Assembly: GCA_048013815.1 (NCBI GenBank)
Contig: CM106585.1
Span: forward strand, 15,686,001 to 15,750,000
Source: Setoptus koraiensis
Taxonomy: Eukaryota > Animalia > Arthropoda
DNA length: 64,000 bases
Direction of reading: 5' to 3'
Program-made: the position numbers and the translations under genes
Part shown: one piece after another, positions 1 to 11,400 of the stretch
Position numbering within the stretch: position 1 is the first letter of the stretch
How the letters are laid out: every line of letters begins with the position of its first letter
Notes under the pieces: generated by a model
The model's input: only the letters and a program-made list of their open reading frames with translations
Database searches by the model: none
Told to the model about the DNA's origin: nothing

Positions 1-259
1 CACATCGGCCTTGACCAAACTGGCACCGTTGCAGTGTGTTGTCGCCTATGTCGTCGTTGTATCAGCCTGATGCCATCAGGCTGATACAACGACTGGCTGG
101 TGCCTGATGGTTGCGTATCTGACGGCCGTTGTGTCGTCATGGTAACTGGTAGCTGGTCCATGCACAGGTAAAATTAGCAGCCCATGCAACACAACCAGTA
201 CATGCCAGCAGCAGTTTAGATGGATGGCCATTGGCAAGATGTGTGAGCATCAAAATCAG

Positions 260-291
<32 letters not shown>

Positions 292-689
292 GAAATCCTT
301 GAGAATATCCATCAGACCAACGAGCGTTCTCATCCAATCTACGGCCCGGCCAGATTGAGCATTGAAAAAATGCGCTGTTTGTTATGTAAGATTTATATAT
401 ATATATAACATGACAACATATATACAGTATATATAGAGGGGGCAAGTAGCAGTCAGATGGTTTGTCTATAAGTGACAGTTCACACACTTTCAACTGCGAT
501 TATTTCTTTTTTCTTGCTGCTTGTTTGCCCCCCAGAATCGACTCGACTGACTCTCGATCGCTGCCATTCATTGGATGCGACCCATTCGAGCCGCGATTGA
601 TACAGCGCACAAGTCAACTGCTGCACCGACTGGCAGCATGCGCTCGCTGATTGCCGTTTGCATGCTGGATAGACAATACGACGACCAGG

Positions 690-780
690 TAAGACCAGAT
701 AAGACTAGAGAAGACTGGACAAGGCTGGACAAGGCTGCATAAGGCTGGATAAGACTAGATAAGAGTGACCAAGAGAGCTA
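690..780. repeat. Degenerate 10-bp tandem array (GACTAGATAA/GGCTGGACAA variants)
   Basis: About 7-8 drifting units directly after a CAG|GTAAGA donor-like site at 689. Confidence 0.8.
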
Positions 781-2802
781 CAAACAATGCCCCGTATGGT
801 CTTTGTTGCATCGATTTGATGCATCGGGCCATCGAGACACATCGTGTGTCGTTTGTCATTTGTTGGACTTGATTCGGGTGAGAGCAAAGAACAAATAATG
901 TTGTCGATGTCGCTGTTGTTACAATTTGGCGACCAACAAGTGTTACAAGTCGCTGTCCATGCCGCGCTCCATGGGACAACAGCAGCAGCAGCAGCAGCGA
1001 CAGCAACAACAACGACAGCAGCAACAACGCCAGCGACAACAACAAATGAATAGATTGGAATTTCTCTTTCTGCTCGGCGCTGCGCCAGTCGGCGGCCGCG
1101 ATGGTAATTATTTCTTTTTTCTCTCTGGCCGTTCCCTCGCTGCTGTTGTCTCTCTGTTCTTTCTGTCGGCGTCTCGGGCTGCCATTCTTCGGCCGCCTCG
1201 GCCGCTTCGGCCGCTTCGGCTCGCAGCCGCGATCCCAACAGCAGCATCGACAGCATCAGCAACAACAGCAGCAGCAACAACAGCATCGGCAACAACAGCA
1301 GCAACAACAACCACATAGAGCAGCAACTCTTTGGGAGTCCCCGCGACCATGGCTGCAACACGGCAAGAAGGTGGACACTACAGCCCAGCGCAGTCTACAG
1401 GCGCAGGGACAAAGGCCGGCAAGCTCTCACGTCGGCTGCGGCACGCAGAATTGGCTAGGTGGAGCCTAGTGGCATGGCTTGAGCCATGAGAGTTACATAA
1501 TATGTTTGATACAAAAATAACAACAGCAACGGCAGCAGCAGCAGCGCCGATTGAGATTGCTTGCTGAATGGAGCTGCCCAATAATATCAGCCATTATTGT
1601 TGTGCTCTTGCTTTCTGGCTATGCGGCGATCGCTACGTACGGCCGGCCGACCGAGCAACAATTCAACCGCCAGCGTATCCATAATTTTCTCCACTCTTCT
1701 CTGTCTGGTCTAGGTAATAGTTGTCAAACGCTAACTCTTCGTCACAAAGCGCTTGAATAAGCACCACGCTGATATCACACATGTTGATGGTTTGTATGCG
1801 GCTCGCAGGAGATTATTCTCATTTCCATTGCGTCGTGGGCAGCGCGTTGCGACACCAACACACACAGCCAGCCAGCTCGCAAATAACAAGTTTGCCAAGC
1901 GAGCCGAAGCGTCCATTCGATTCAAATTACAAACTCCAAACTCCGAGCGAAGCAGCCGAGTCAGCCAACAGGTGAGCCGAGCCGAAGACAATAAAGAAAG
2001 TTTCGCATCGGCATTCGCCAATTGCCAACAGCGCGCAAACAACAAACTCGCCAATTCGTCGCATCGCATCTCATATATCGCATCACATCACATCGCATTG
2101 CACCGCATCCATCGCACTTCGTCCAGACCGGCGATCCAGCCAAAATAATGCGACACACCGAGTTGTAAATCAATCAGCAAGCCAACGCAAATACGCCAAT
2201 ACAGCCCACTGACAACACTGACCGGTGCCACGAGTGCCCTAGCCCAGTCTGTGATAAAGCCCATCAACGCGTCAACGCGTCAACTCGTCAACGCGTCAAC
2301 TCATCAACTCACCAACTGGGCGCTAATTAACCTAATTAATTAATTAGCGATCGTCGCTGTTGAGCTAGGTGCCAATCAGATCAATTAAATGAGCAGCGGA
2401 TTGTTGGCAGCTCGCGGCAGCTGCCGGCGTCACGAGCCGTGCGCCACAAATGAGGCGGCGCGTTGTGACAGCAGCGCAACAATGACTACTCAACAAGCAA
2501 CAAGTGGCCATAGAAACAGCAAGCAAACACTGCAACAACAACAAACAACTACAACAACAACACCAATGTCAAATCAAATCAAATGTCAGCACCAATATTC
2601 ACAGTTGATGAGCGATGCCAGTCAGCGGGCCGCCAATTGTGACATAGCAATAGAGTCACTAGCCGCTCAATTACTAGCTATAACATGTGGGCGCGTTACA
2701 TGCCAAGCGAGTAGCACAATTGCGCAATTGTGCACAATTGTGCAAAATTGTGCACAGTTGCGAGTGGCAACAGGCAGCACGCAACACAGGCAACAAAACA
2801 AA

Positions 2803-5429
2803 ATGAATAATAATGAGGGGAGAAAAACAAACAAAGTGATTGAATTATTGAGCAGCGGCGCAGTCTTGATGATTGTTGTTATTGTGGCGCTCGCGTCGAC
2901 AGTGGGCGCCACAAGCGAACGGCACCAGTCGGCCGCGGACGAGCACGACCAAAGCAGAGGTAAGTGGAGCTACCTGTTGGGCCGGCAGTGTCGGCCCGAC
3001 CGGCAGCCGACGACCGGCAACAACCGGCAGCGACCGGCAGCGACCGGCAGCGACCGGCAACAACCGGCAGCGACCGGCAACAACAGTTGCACAGAGGGCA
3101 CGCTATTAATAGATTGTTTTGTTGCTCATTTTGTTTGCTCATACCGCCGACAACCGAACGAATTGCGATGGCGCAGAGGTCACAAACTTGGTTATTTATC
3201 CGGGATATCGTGCTGTCAAGTTGCGCTGGCGCTACGGCGACCAGCTCGCCGGGGACGAACCGCAGGAAGCGCAGGCCGCCACAGGCGACAGGCCCAAACT
3301 GGACGAGCCGGCCAGCTTCAGAGTCAGGTGAGTTGAGTTAAACCCTTTCGCTGGCAGCTCGTTAGCCGCATCGTTAGCCCGGTGCGTCATTAACTGCCGG
3401 CCACTTGGCCAGTTGCGCCAGTTGCGCCAGTTGCAAGCGACACAGGTGAGACGGGCGAGCCGACAGGTAGCCGGCATGGCATGCAGCTCGGGCACGACCT
3501 GCCACTAATGTCATAATGACTCGAGCTTGTTTCATCGCCAGTTTCTGCGCATTACGCAAGCGTATTACGTAAGCTATTATGTTGTCAGTGGGCCCACGTA
3601 GAGGCAACATCGCAGCATAATGGCACACAGCCAAAACTAATGCGCCTCGGCCAATTGCAACAGGCAGCAACTGGCAACACAACATGCGCTGGCGTTATTA
3701 CATTTTTGCGAGCCACACGAACACATAATAGCAGCCCTCTAATAGCTTGCCATGTCATTTGCATGCATTGTTTGCATTATTGTTTGCTCATTAACAAGTG
3801 CAAGAGAAAGCAACAAGTGCCAACTGATTGTGTTGTGCTGGCCCAGCAAGCCAACATTACGTTTGCGCGTCAGTCACAATGTCAGTGCCAATGTCAGCGA
3901 TGTTGTTGTCAGTGTTGCTGTCATTGGCCATTGGTCACTCGATGCAATGTTTACATTCTGTAATGTGGCTATAATGTAGCAACCGACACGGCGGCGGCGG
4001 CGGCGGCAGCAGCAGCAGCGAGCGTTGCTACAAATATAATTTTGCTTATTTTCGCATATCGAAAACAAGCAAAATTATATTTGTGCAAGCGAGGAAACGT
4101 ATCGAAAACATTCGCGCCGCAGCCAAATGTCGGCCGGCGGCTAATGGTCGCGTCGTGGTCAGCTGCTGGCAACGTCGCACGTTTGTCGGCACAAGCCGGC
4201 CCAAGAATAATTATGGACGCGAACAAAGGCCACTGTTGGCTCGCATTATTTGCATCTTGTCATTGTGTTGCCATCGCAACTCTTTCTTCGGCCGCTCGCT
4301 CGCTTCGGCCGCTCGCTCGCATCGGATCGAGAGCGGCCGACAAGCGAGCGATCGTGTTGCAAACAACAATGCCCGTCCATTGAGAGTTTGCAACTGGAAG
4401 CCAATGGCCGGAGTACAATAAACCCATAATAAACAAATCCAGTGCCGGCTTCTGTGCGCCATTGCGATCTATGCAAATTAATGCTCGCTTTGCAAGCAAA
4501 ATAAAGTCGTCCAGATTATCCGCACAGATGCGATAATCTGCGCAATCTGGCCTGGCGCGTCCAGATCGCGACTTCGCGGGCTCGCCAGCGAAGGTGAGCA
4601 GGCTCACGTTGCGTTGTGGTCGCACTCGGCTCGAGTGGCTCGAGCGGCATGCATCGCTACTTGGCTACAAGCATCGCTCGGCACTCGAGTGCAAGCATAT
4701 ACAACTCGTATATTGTGTTTATATTTTGTGCAGTTCATATATATACCCTGCGTGTTGCAGTATATACACACCGGCACGGCGGCGTATCGCGACATGTCGA
4801 GACGTCGGTATAGCGAGACGTCGGTATGGCGAGACGTCGGTATGGCGAGACGTCGGGATGGCGAGACGTCGGGATGTCGAGACGTTGGCATGGCGAGATG
4901 CACGTTTCAGAGCAGATCCATTTTGGGCAGCATGCAAATAAACGCTTGCGCTGCGTGGCCCGCATCATGCGATGGTCATCGCATGAGTCGCAGGCAGTCA
5001 CGAGATACTTGCTGACCACTGCGGCACTCGCGCCAATTTCGACCGGCTCACAAAAGTATAAACATGACTGTTCAACATACTTGTGTTAGCATGTTGTGAC
5101 TGCGGTAATATGACAGCGCCAGTTGTTGTCAGTTGTTGTCAGCTGACTCCAAGTGACGGACACAAGTGGCAGATGACAGTCACAAGTGGCAGAGGTTACG
5201 CAATCACGGCGTCAACGGGAGCACAACGAAAGTAGCCCGTCACACTGTGTGACGTTGTCTGTACCGGACGTACACAGGATCGTGGCGGAAGTTGGCAGTG
5301 GCGCAATGATGGTTACGTAATGATTGGATTGGTGGCGCAATCGGATGAGAATGTCGGCATCTAGCGCAAGGGTTAAACTGGCCGCGGCATGCAGTTGCGC
5401 GCTGTTGTTGTCGATGTTGTTGTTGTCGA

Positions 5430-5499
<70 letters not shown>

Positions 5500-8400
5500 G
5501 ATGTTGATGTTGTTGTTGTTGTGCCGACTGGTGGTCGTCATTAACCCCTCATAACACTCGATTCGACAATGACACTTAATGATGATTCTCTCTCTCTTTG
5601 GCTGTCTCTTGGCTGTCTCTTGGCTGTCGCTGTCATTCTCTGGCTGTCTCGCCGTGGCCGTCCGACGATACCAAAACATTATCACACACGCAACAGCTTT
5701 TTGCGGCAGCGCACATTTGCATTTTGCGCAAATTGTGAACTTGTGCTGGCGCACAAGTTCACAATTTGCGAATCACAAAGTTGCCAAACAAACGCAAACG
5801 CAATTCGCCCGTCCGGTCGTCTTTAGGCTGGTGGCACTGTTGCGCCGATGCCAGTGCCACCAACCCGAGATGTTTATAAATAACTTTGGCAAATGTTGGC
5901 GCAAAATTCGCCAATCCATGGCCAGTTTCGAAGCGGCGCCTTGCAGCAAAATGCCGGCCGCACAAGTGTGGCAAGACGGCGCGAGATTGGCGGTATTTTG
6001 CCGAGATTGTCGATATTTTGCCGAGATTGTCGTTGGCGTCGGCGCCGGCAGAATCGCCGGCAAAATCGTCGGCGGAATCGTCGGCAGCATCGTCGCTATT
6101 TAGCACGCTCAGATGTGGCGCGCACAAAGTTTGACGCTCTGCCGATTGAGTGGCAACAGATTGATAGATTGTTGAAAAATACTCACCGGTTGACTCTTTC
6201 GCTGCTCTTTCATTATCGCCTCTCTCGCTGCTCTTTCATTATCGCCTCTTCCATTGCCGGCCCGATGGGCGCACAAGCGAGCCGAGCTGGTCGCTGGCAA
6301 CGAGCGGCCGGCACAAACGGCCAACCGCAACAACAGCCAAAACAATCATAGGTCACTAACCTGGCGCGGCAAGGGCAGCCGATCCATCAATTGCGTTTGC
6401 GCCGGCGCTTGCACCATCGTGAGGCGGCATTATGATGCAATCGCTCGCTTGCACTTGTTACATAATACACACTGTATATTGTGTGTATGAAGAGTGGCGG
6501 CATTATGTAACACTACGGCGACCGGCCCACTATGACACTGACGGCCGCTTGATGGCCGGCTAATAACAATATTTTTGTTCGCTAATATTCGCCGTGTTTT
6601 CGCTAATGATGCAGATGAGTCGCCTTTTTGCTGCCTGCAAACGGTTGTTTGCAGGCAAACGGTCAATTAACGGTCATCGCTGAGCGTCATCGCTGAGCGT
6701 CATCGTTGCGCCATCGTTGCGCCACTGGTCAGCCACTGGTCAGCCATTGGTCAGCCTTTGGTCGGCCTTTGGTCGGCCTTTGGTCAGCCTTTGGTCAGCG
6801 TGAAACGGCCGCGAAATAAAGCCAATGATTCATTGGCAATGAAGCCGTCAGTCTGACGGCATCAGATCGGCCGATTTGCAGTTGCAAGGTTGAACCGGTG
6901 GCAATTTCGCGCTGCCCCAAACTCAGAGTGGAGGCCATTGCGCTCGCACTGTTCGCGACCGCTTGCCCAATGTTTGTGGCCACACAAACACAAATATGAA
7001 GCCGTTCAAACACAAATGTGAAGCCGTTGCCGCGGACAACGCGCCGCCGGGTAACCGAGCAGCGGCATTTATCGTGCAGCGGGCACATAGTGATTAGTGG
7101 TGCCGCTGCAAACAATCGCGCCGTTCGTTGTCGTCGGCGCTGGCCAGTGGCCAGTCGCAAATGGGAAATGCGAAACGCGAAATGGGGCTGGCAGCGCGTC
7201 GATGCGACCGCCGGTCAACGCATTGCGACTTATTTTGTGGCCGTGATTTGTGTGGCTGTCGACGATTATAATTAACTGTCAGACAACTAACAGTTAATTA
7301 TAATCGTCGGCAACGACGCTGGCCAGACCGGTCGCTGAAACTGATCAATCAATCCCGTCCAATCCAATGTCAGCGACATTGGATTTGAGTCCAATGATTA
7401 GACTGTAATGATGATGGACTCTAATCATCGGACGCGAGCGAATTGTAAACAACAACAGCAACAACAAGTGTCAATCTGTATGATGCGTGCTGGTGCGATC
7501 AAGTGGCTCTGGCGATCACACTCTCTGACAACTGTGAGCCCGTGGCTTGCGCGGTGCGCGGTTGTCGGCCGCCCACGCAGCCGCGACCGCAAGGCTCACG
7601 AGTCAGCTGTCATTTGACAGCTGTCAGCTGAATCAGCTGTTTGCCGCTCGATGTCACCGAGTCGATGTCTTCGAGTTGATGTCATCGAGTCGATGACAAT
7701 CTCGCGGGGTGCTGGCGATCTCACAAGGAGCTGCCGAGACACTGAGGTGCTGGCGAGACAGCGAGATGCCGGCAGCGAGACGCCGGCGGCGAGACGAGCG
7801 AATCGATGCCGATGAATCATGGGCGATGATGCGACAAGAGTGAGGGCACAAAGTTGTCGCCAGTGCGCCTACCGATAGCGATAACGGTGCCGAAGATTGC
7901 GTAACGCAGCAGTCGTGCGGCAAGACGACACTTTGACATTGGCGCCCTGACAGTAGCGCAGACTGACAGCAGCGAGTGGCGAGTAGAGAGTGGTGCTGTT
8001 GTCAGTGTCGCTTGGATGTTTTTGGTGGCGCATTGTTGCAATTGTCATCGTCGTGAGTTGTGTGAGTCCAAGTGGCAAGCGCCAACAACACAGCACAGCA
8101 AGTGTGTCTAACCAACTTTATGCCCATTCATAACATTCATGTATGAGTGGCCAGAGTTTATCCACCTGAGTCAGCTGTTGTCAGCGGTTTAGTTGTGTGT
8201 TGGCTCTGTGAGTAATACAATTGGCGCAACTCACAATGGACAGAGAGCTAGAGAGAGAGAGAGAGCATAATCATGACTCGCACAACAAGTGCACAATAAG
8301 AAGTGTGACAATGACCTTACCTGAGCAGCATACTGCATATCAGCAGTCTGACATGTACGCCTATGGCATTAGCTATGGTATTAGCTATGGTTAGTGTGGC

Positions 8401-11400
8401 GAGGCAACGGGCCGGCGAGCTTGCCAGCAGCCAACAATAACAGCCAATTCACTTGTTGCTGGCAATGCTTATTATTGTTTATAAATAGCATCGCTCTTTA
8501 TTTTTATTGTTCGGCCGGCCTCTCGCTCGGCGACTGCGCGACTGTGCGACTTGTCCGACTTTTGCGACTGCTCGAGCCGCTCGAACAGCTCAAGCCGCCA
8601 GTTGCAAGCTGCGGGCCGCGGGCCGGACAGCGGCCGAAAGTGTCTGATTGGCCTGGTCAGTGGCTGTCAGTGGCCGCCACCTCTGCCGGCCACTGACAGC
8701 CACTGACAGTCGGTGCATGCCGATGAGACTCTCGTTATTGCATCAAATTCAAATTTATCAGCGCCGGCCGTTTGGTGGGCGCACTCGGCCAACTCAACGC
8801 AATGAGCATGGCCAATTCGATGCAATTCACAACCAACTCAATTTTAGTGGCGGTAACGCGATGATAATGCGCTCGTCTGGCCGCATCGTCTCGCACGATC
8901 CGTCTGCCAGTGAGAGTAACCGTGAGCTCGCTTGCCGAGCTGGCGCAACAACAAACAAATAATAACAATAACAATAACAACTCATCATTTGCATCAGTTG
9001 CGCCAGTTGCGCCAGTTGCGTCGTTCTGGGGCCGAACAATCGCGCAACGGCCGAAAGTCGCTCTCATTCGGCCGCCCATTGAAAGTGCCGGCCAAACTGG
9101 CCGCGCATCGCACAGTCACTGTCGGCAAATCGGCCAATTGGAGCAACAAGTCGTTTTATCGCATTTGGCAATTCAAGTGCAACCACTTTCGTTGGCAACT
9201 TCGTTTGGCAAAATCACAACTTGTGATTCACAAGTTGTGAAGTCAACAGTTGAGCCGCTCAACGTGAGCGCTGTAAGAGGCAATATCTGGCCAGCAAATC
9301 TGTTGCGTAACTCGAGTTCACAATTGCATTCAACTTATCGCCTCGCCAAGCCACTTCTCACCATGAGAACTCACCTGGCTGCACAACGGGCCCACTGGCG
9401 GCCAGCTTGTTATGCGGCCACTTTGTTATGACTCATAACTTATGAGTATGAGAGCAGCTATCTCTCTCTATATAGCGATATATATATATATATATATATC
9501 GCTGGCTATCAGTATTCGTGAGCTTGCATGATGCAATCAATGGTAAGCCGATCATGGTTATGTCATTATTACATCATCGCCATTGTTATATCACCTCAAT
9601 CGCGTTCAAGTTCAATGGCGCACTGGTCGCATCATAACATTGTTATGACGCAATAGGTTGTTTGCGATTCGCAAATTGCGCCAAACCGGCCACTGGCAGC
9701 CACTCGAAAACTGGCAGCCACTCGAAAACTGGGAGCCATCGCTTGCCAAATCATTTGCGGCTACCCGTACGCCGGCCCGCATACACACTCAATCAAGATA
9801 CACAGGCTGGGTATCTTGTGCATACGGGGTATTTTTTGAACAGTTTCAAGGGGCACGATTTGTGTGCATTTAACCGTGATTTCCCGTGATCAAAAAAGTT
9901 TGAACCATTGGCTTTCACTTGAACGAAATGATTATTTTTTGCCCCGTTTTTGGTTGGTTGAAACCATGGCTTCAACAGCGATTTTAAGCTAGCTGGACGC
10001 AATGATTTCTATGTCCGAACGAAGCGGCCATCCGAACGCATTTCTTCCACAAACAAATCCAATTTCAAAACGAGCTGCAAACGAATCCGATGCGAGTGCC
10101 AACTTGAAACCAAACGTCCCAACCAACGCATGCGACTGCTCGAACGAGCGCCATTATATCCACCAGAGCTGTATCCCATAACTAAACGTTTCGTTTTGCT
10201 ATTTTGGCCAAAATTCGGCCGATCTCTCCCCCTCTTCATGTCATATAAAACCAAACCGGTACAACTATCGCCACCTATGACACCATAATTCGCCTGGCGC
10301 CCAACGCTCAACTCGACTGGCCGACGTAATCGCTGGCCAAAATAAATAATGATATGATATGTGTGCAAAAATGGTATGCTCGACAATGACTGCGTTGTCT
10401 AAAAATGTCACATTGGCGACTGGCTACACACCGTGGACGACAAACTTGGCCCGACGGGCAACGACTGGTCACCGTACAACAAAACTTATAACTTGCGACA
10501 AAATGCCAACAAAAATTATATATATGACGTAACGCCGTATATATGACGTCAAATACCACCACGCCTGTTGCCTACATTTGGCGCTTTTTGGCGCTTTTTG
10601 GCGATTTTACGCTGCGATTTTGCGCCGTGCAGATTCTGCGAGATTGCCTCTTGGAACGTCGAGATAAAGTGCCGCGAGAGACGATTAGAGCTCGAAAGCG
10701 ACACGGCCGTGTCGCCAATTGTCGGCCAAATGTGGTCAGGTGCCAATCACAGCGACAACAACAACTCAACCTCTCACGCCGGCAAGCTTGGCACGGTGAC
10801 GCAAACAACAGCAACAGCGACGAGCGGCCGCAAAGGGCCCTATCTCATGACAAAAAGTGACTTTGTTGTTCATCACGGCCAACGGAGCGCCAAGAGCAAC
10901 AACAACAACGAGCCGGCAACCACGACTAGCGGCAACGATTACGAGGCTGAAATATTCGACTTGAGAGCGCTCACAAACTACACATTTCATGTTCAGGTGG
11001 ACAGATTCAGGCACGAACGGGCGCCACTGTCGCGCCACTCCGGCTCCGGTCTCATGCCAATGGGAAGAAAATTGCAGCCGGACAACAACAACAGCAACAA
11101 CATCGCCGCATCGTCCCAACAAAAGGTGCAAATAGAGACCAAGGGATTCGGGGCCGAGGCAAGCAAGTGTCTGGCCAATCTGAGCGAGGTAAGGTCAAGC
11201 GCCCATCTCTGCATCTCTGCATCTCTGCATCTCTGCATCTCTCCGTCTCTGCATCGCGGCCACTGTGGCCACTGTGGCAGTCGCACAACAGTCGCTATCT
11301 GGTATCGGTTGCAACTGGCGCACCTGTCACAACTGTCAAAGATGTCAAAAATGTCACAACTGTCACAACTGTCAGCTGTCACATCGCCAAGTCGCCAGTG

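Noticed and set aside
705-1361. Poly-Leu/Ala 'signal peptide' ORFs on the minus strand (also 137-493)
   Set aside because: They are antisense readings of CAG/CAA repeats with no recognisable domain.
5212-5754. 180-aa minus ORF with poly-Asn and plus-strand poly-Leu ORF
   Set aside because: Both are frames through the (TTG)n microsatellite inside intron 2.
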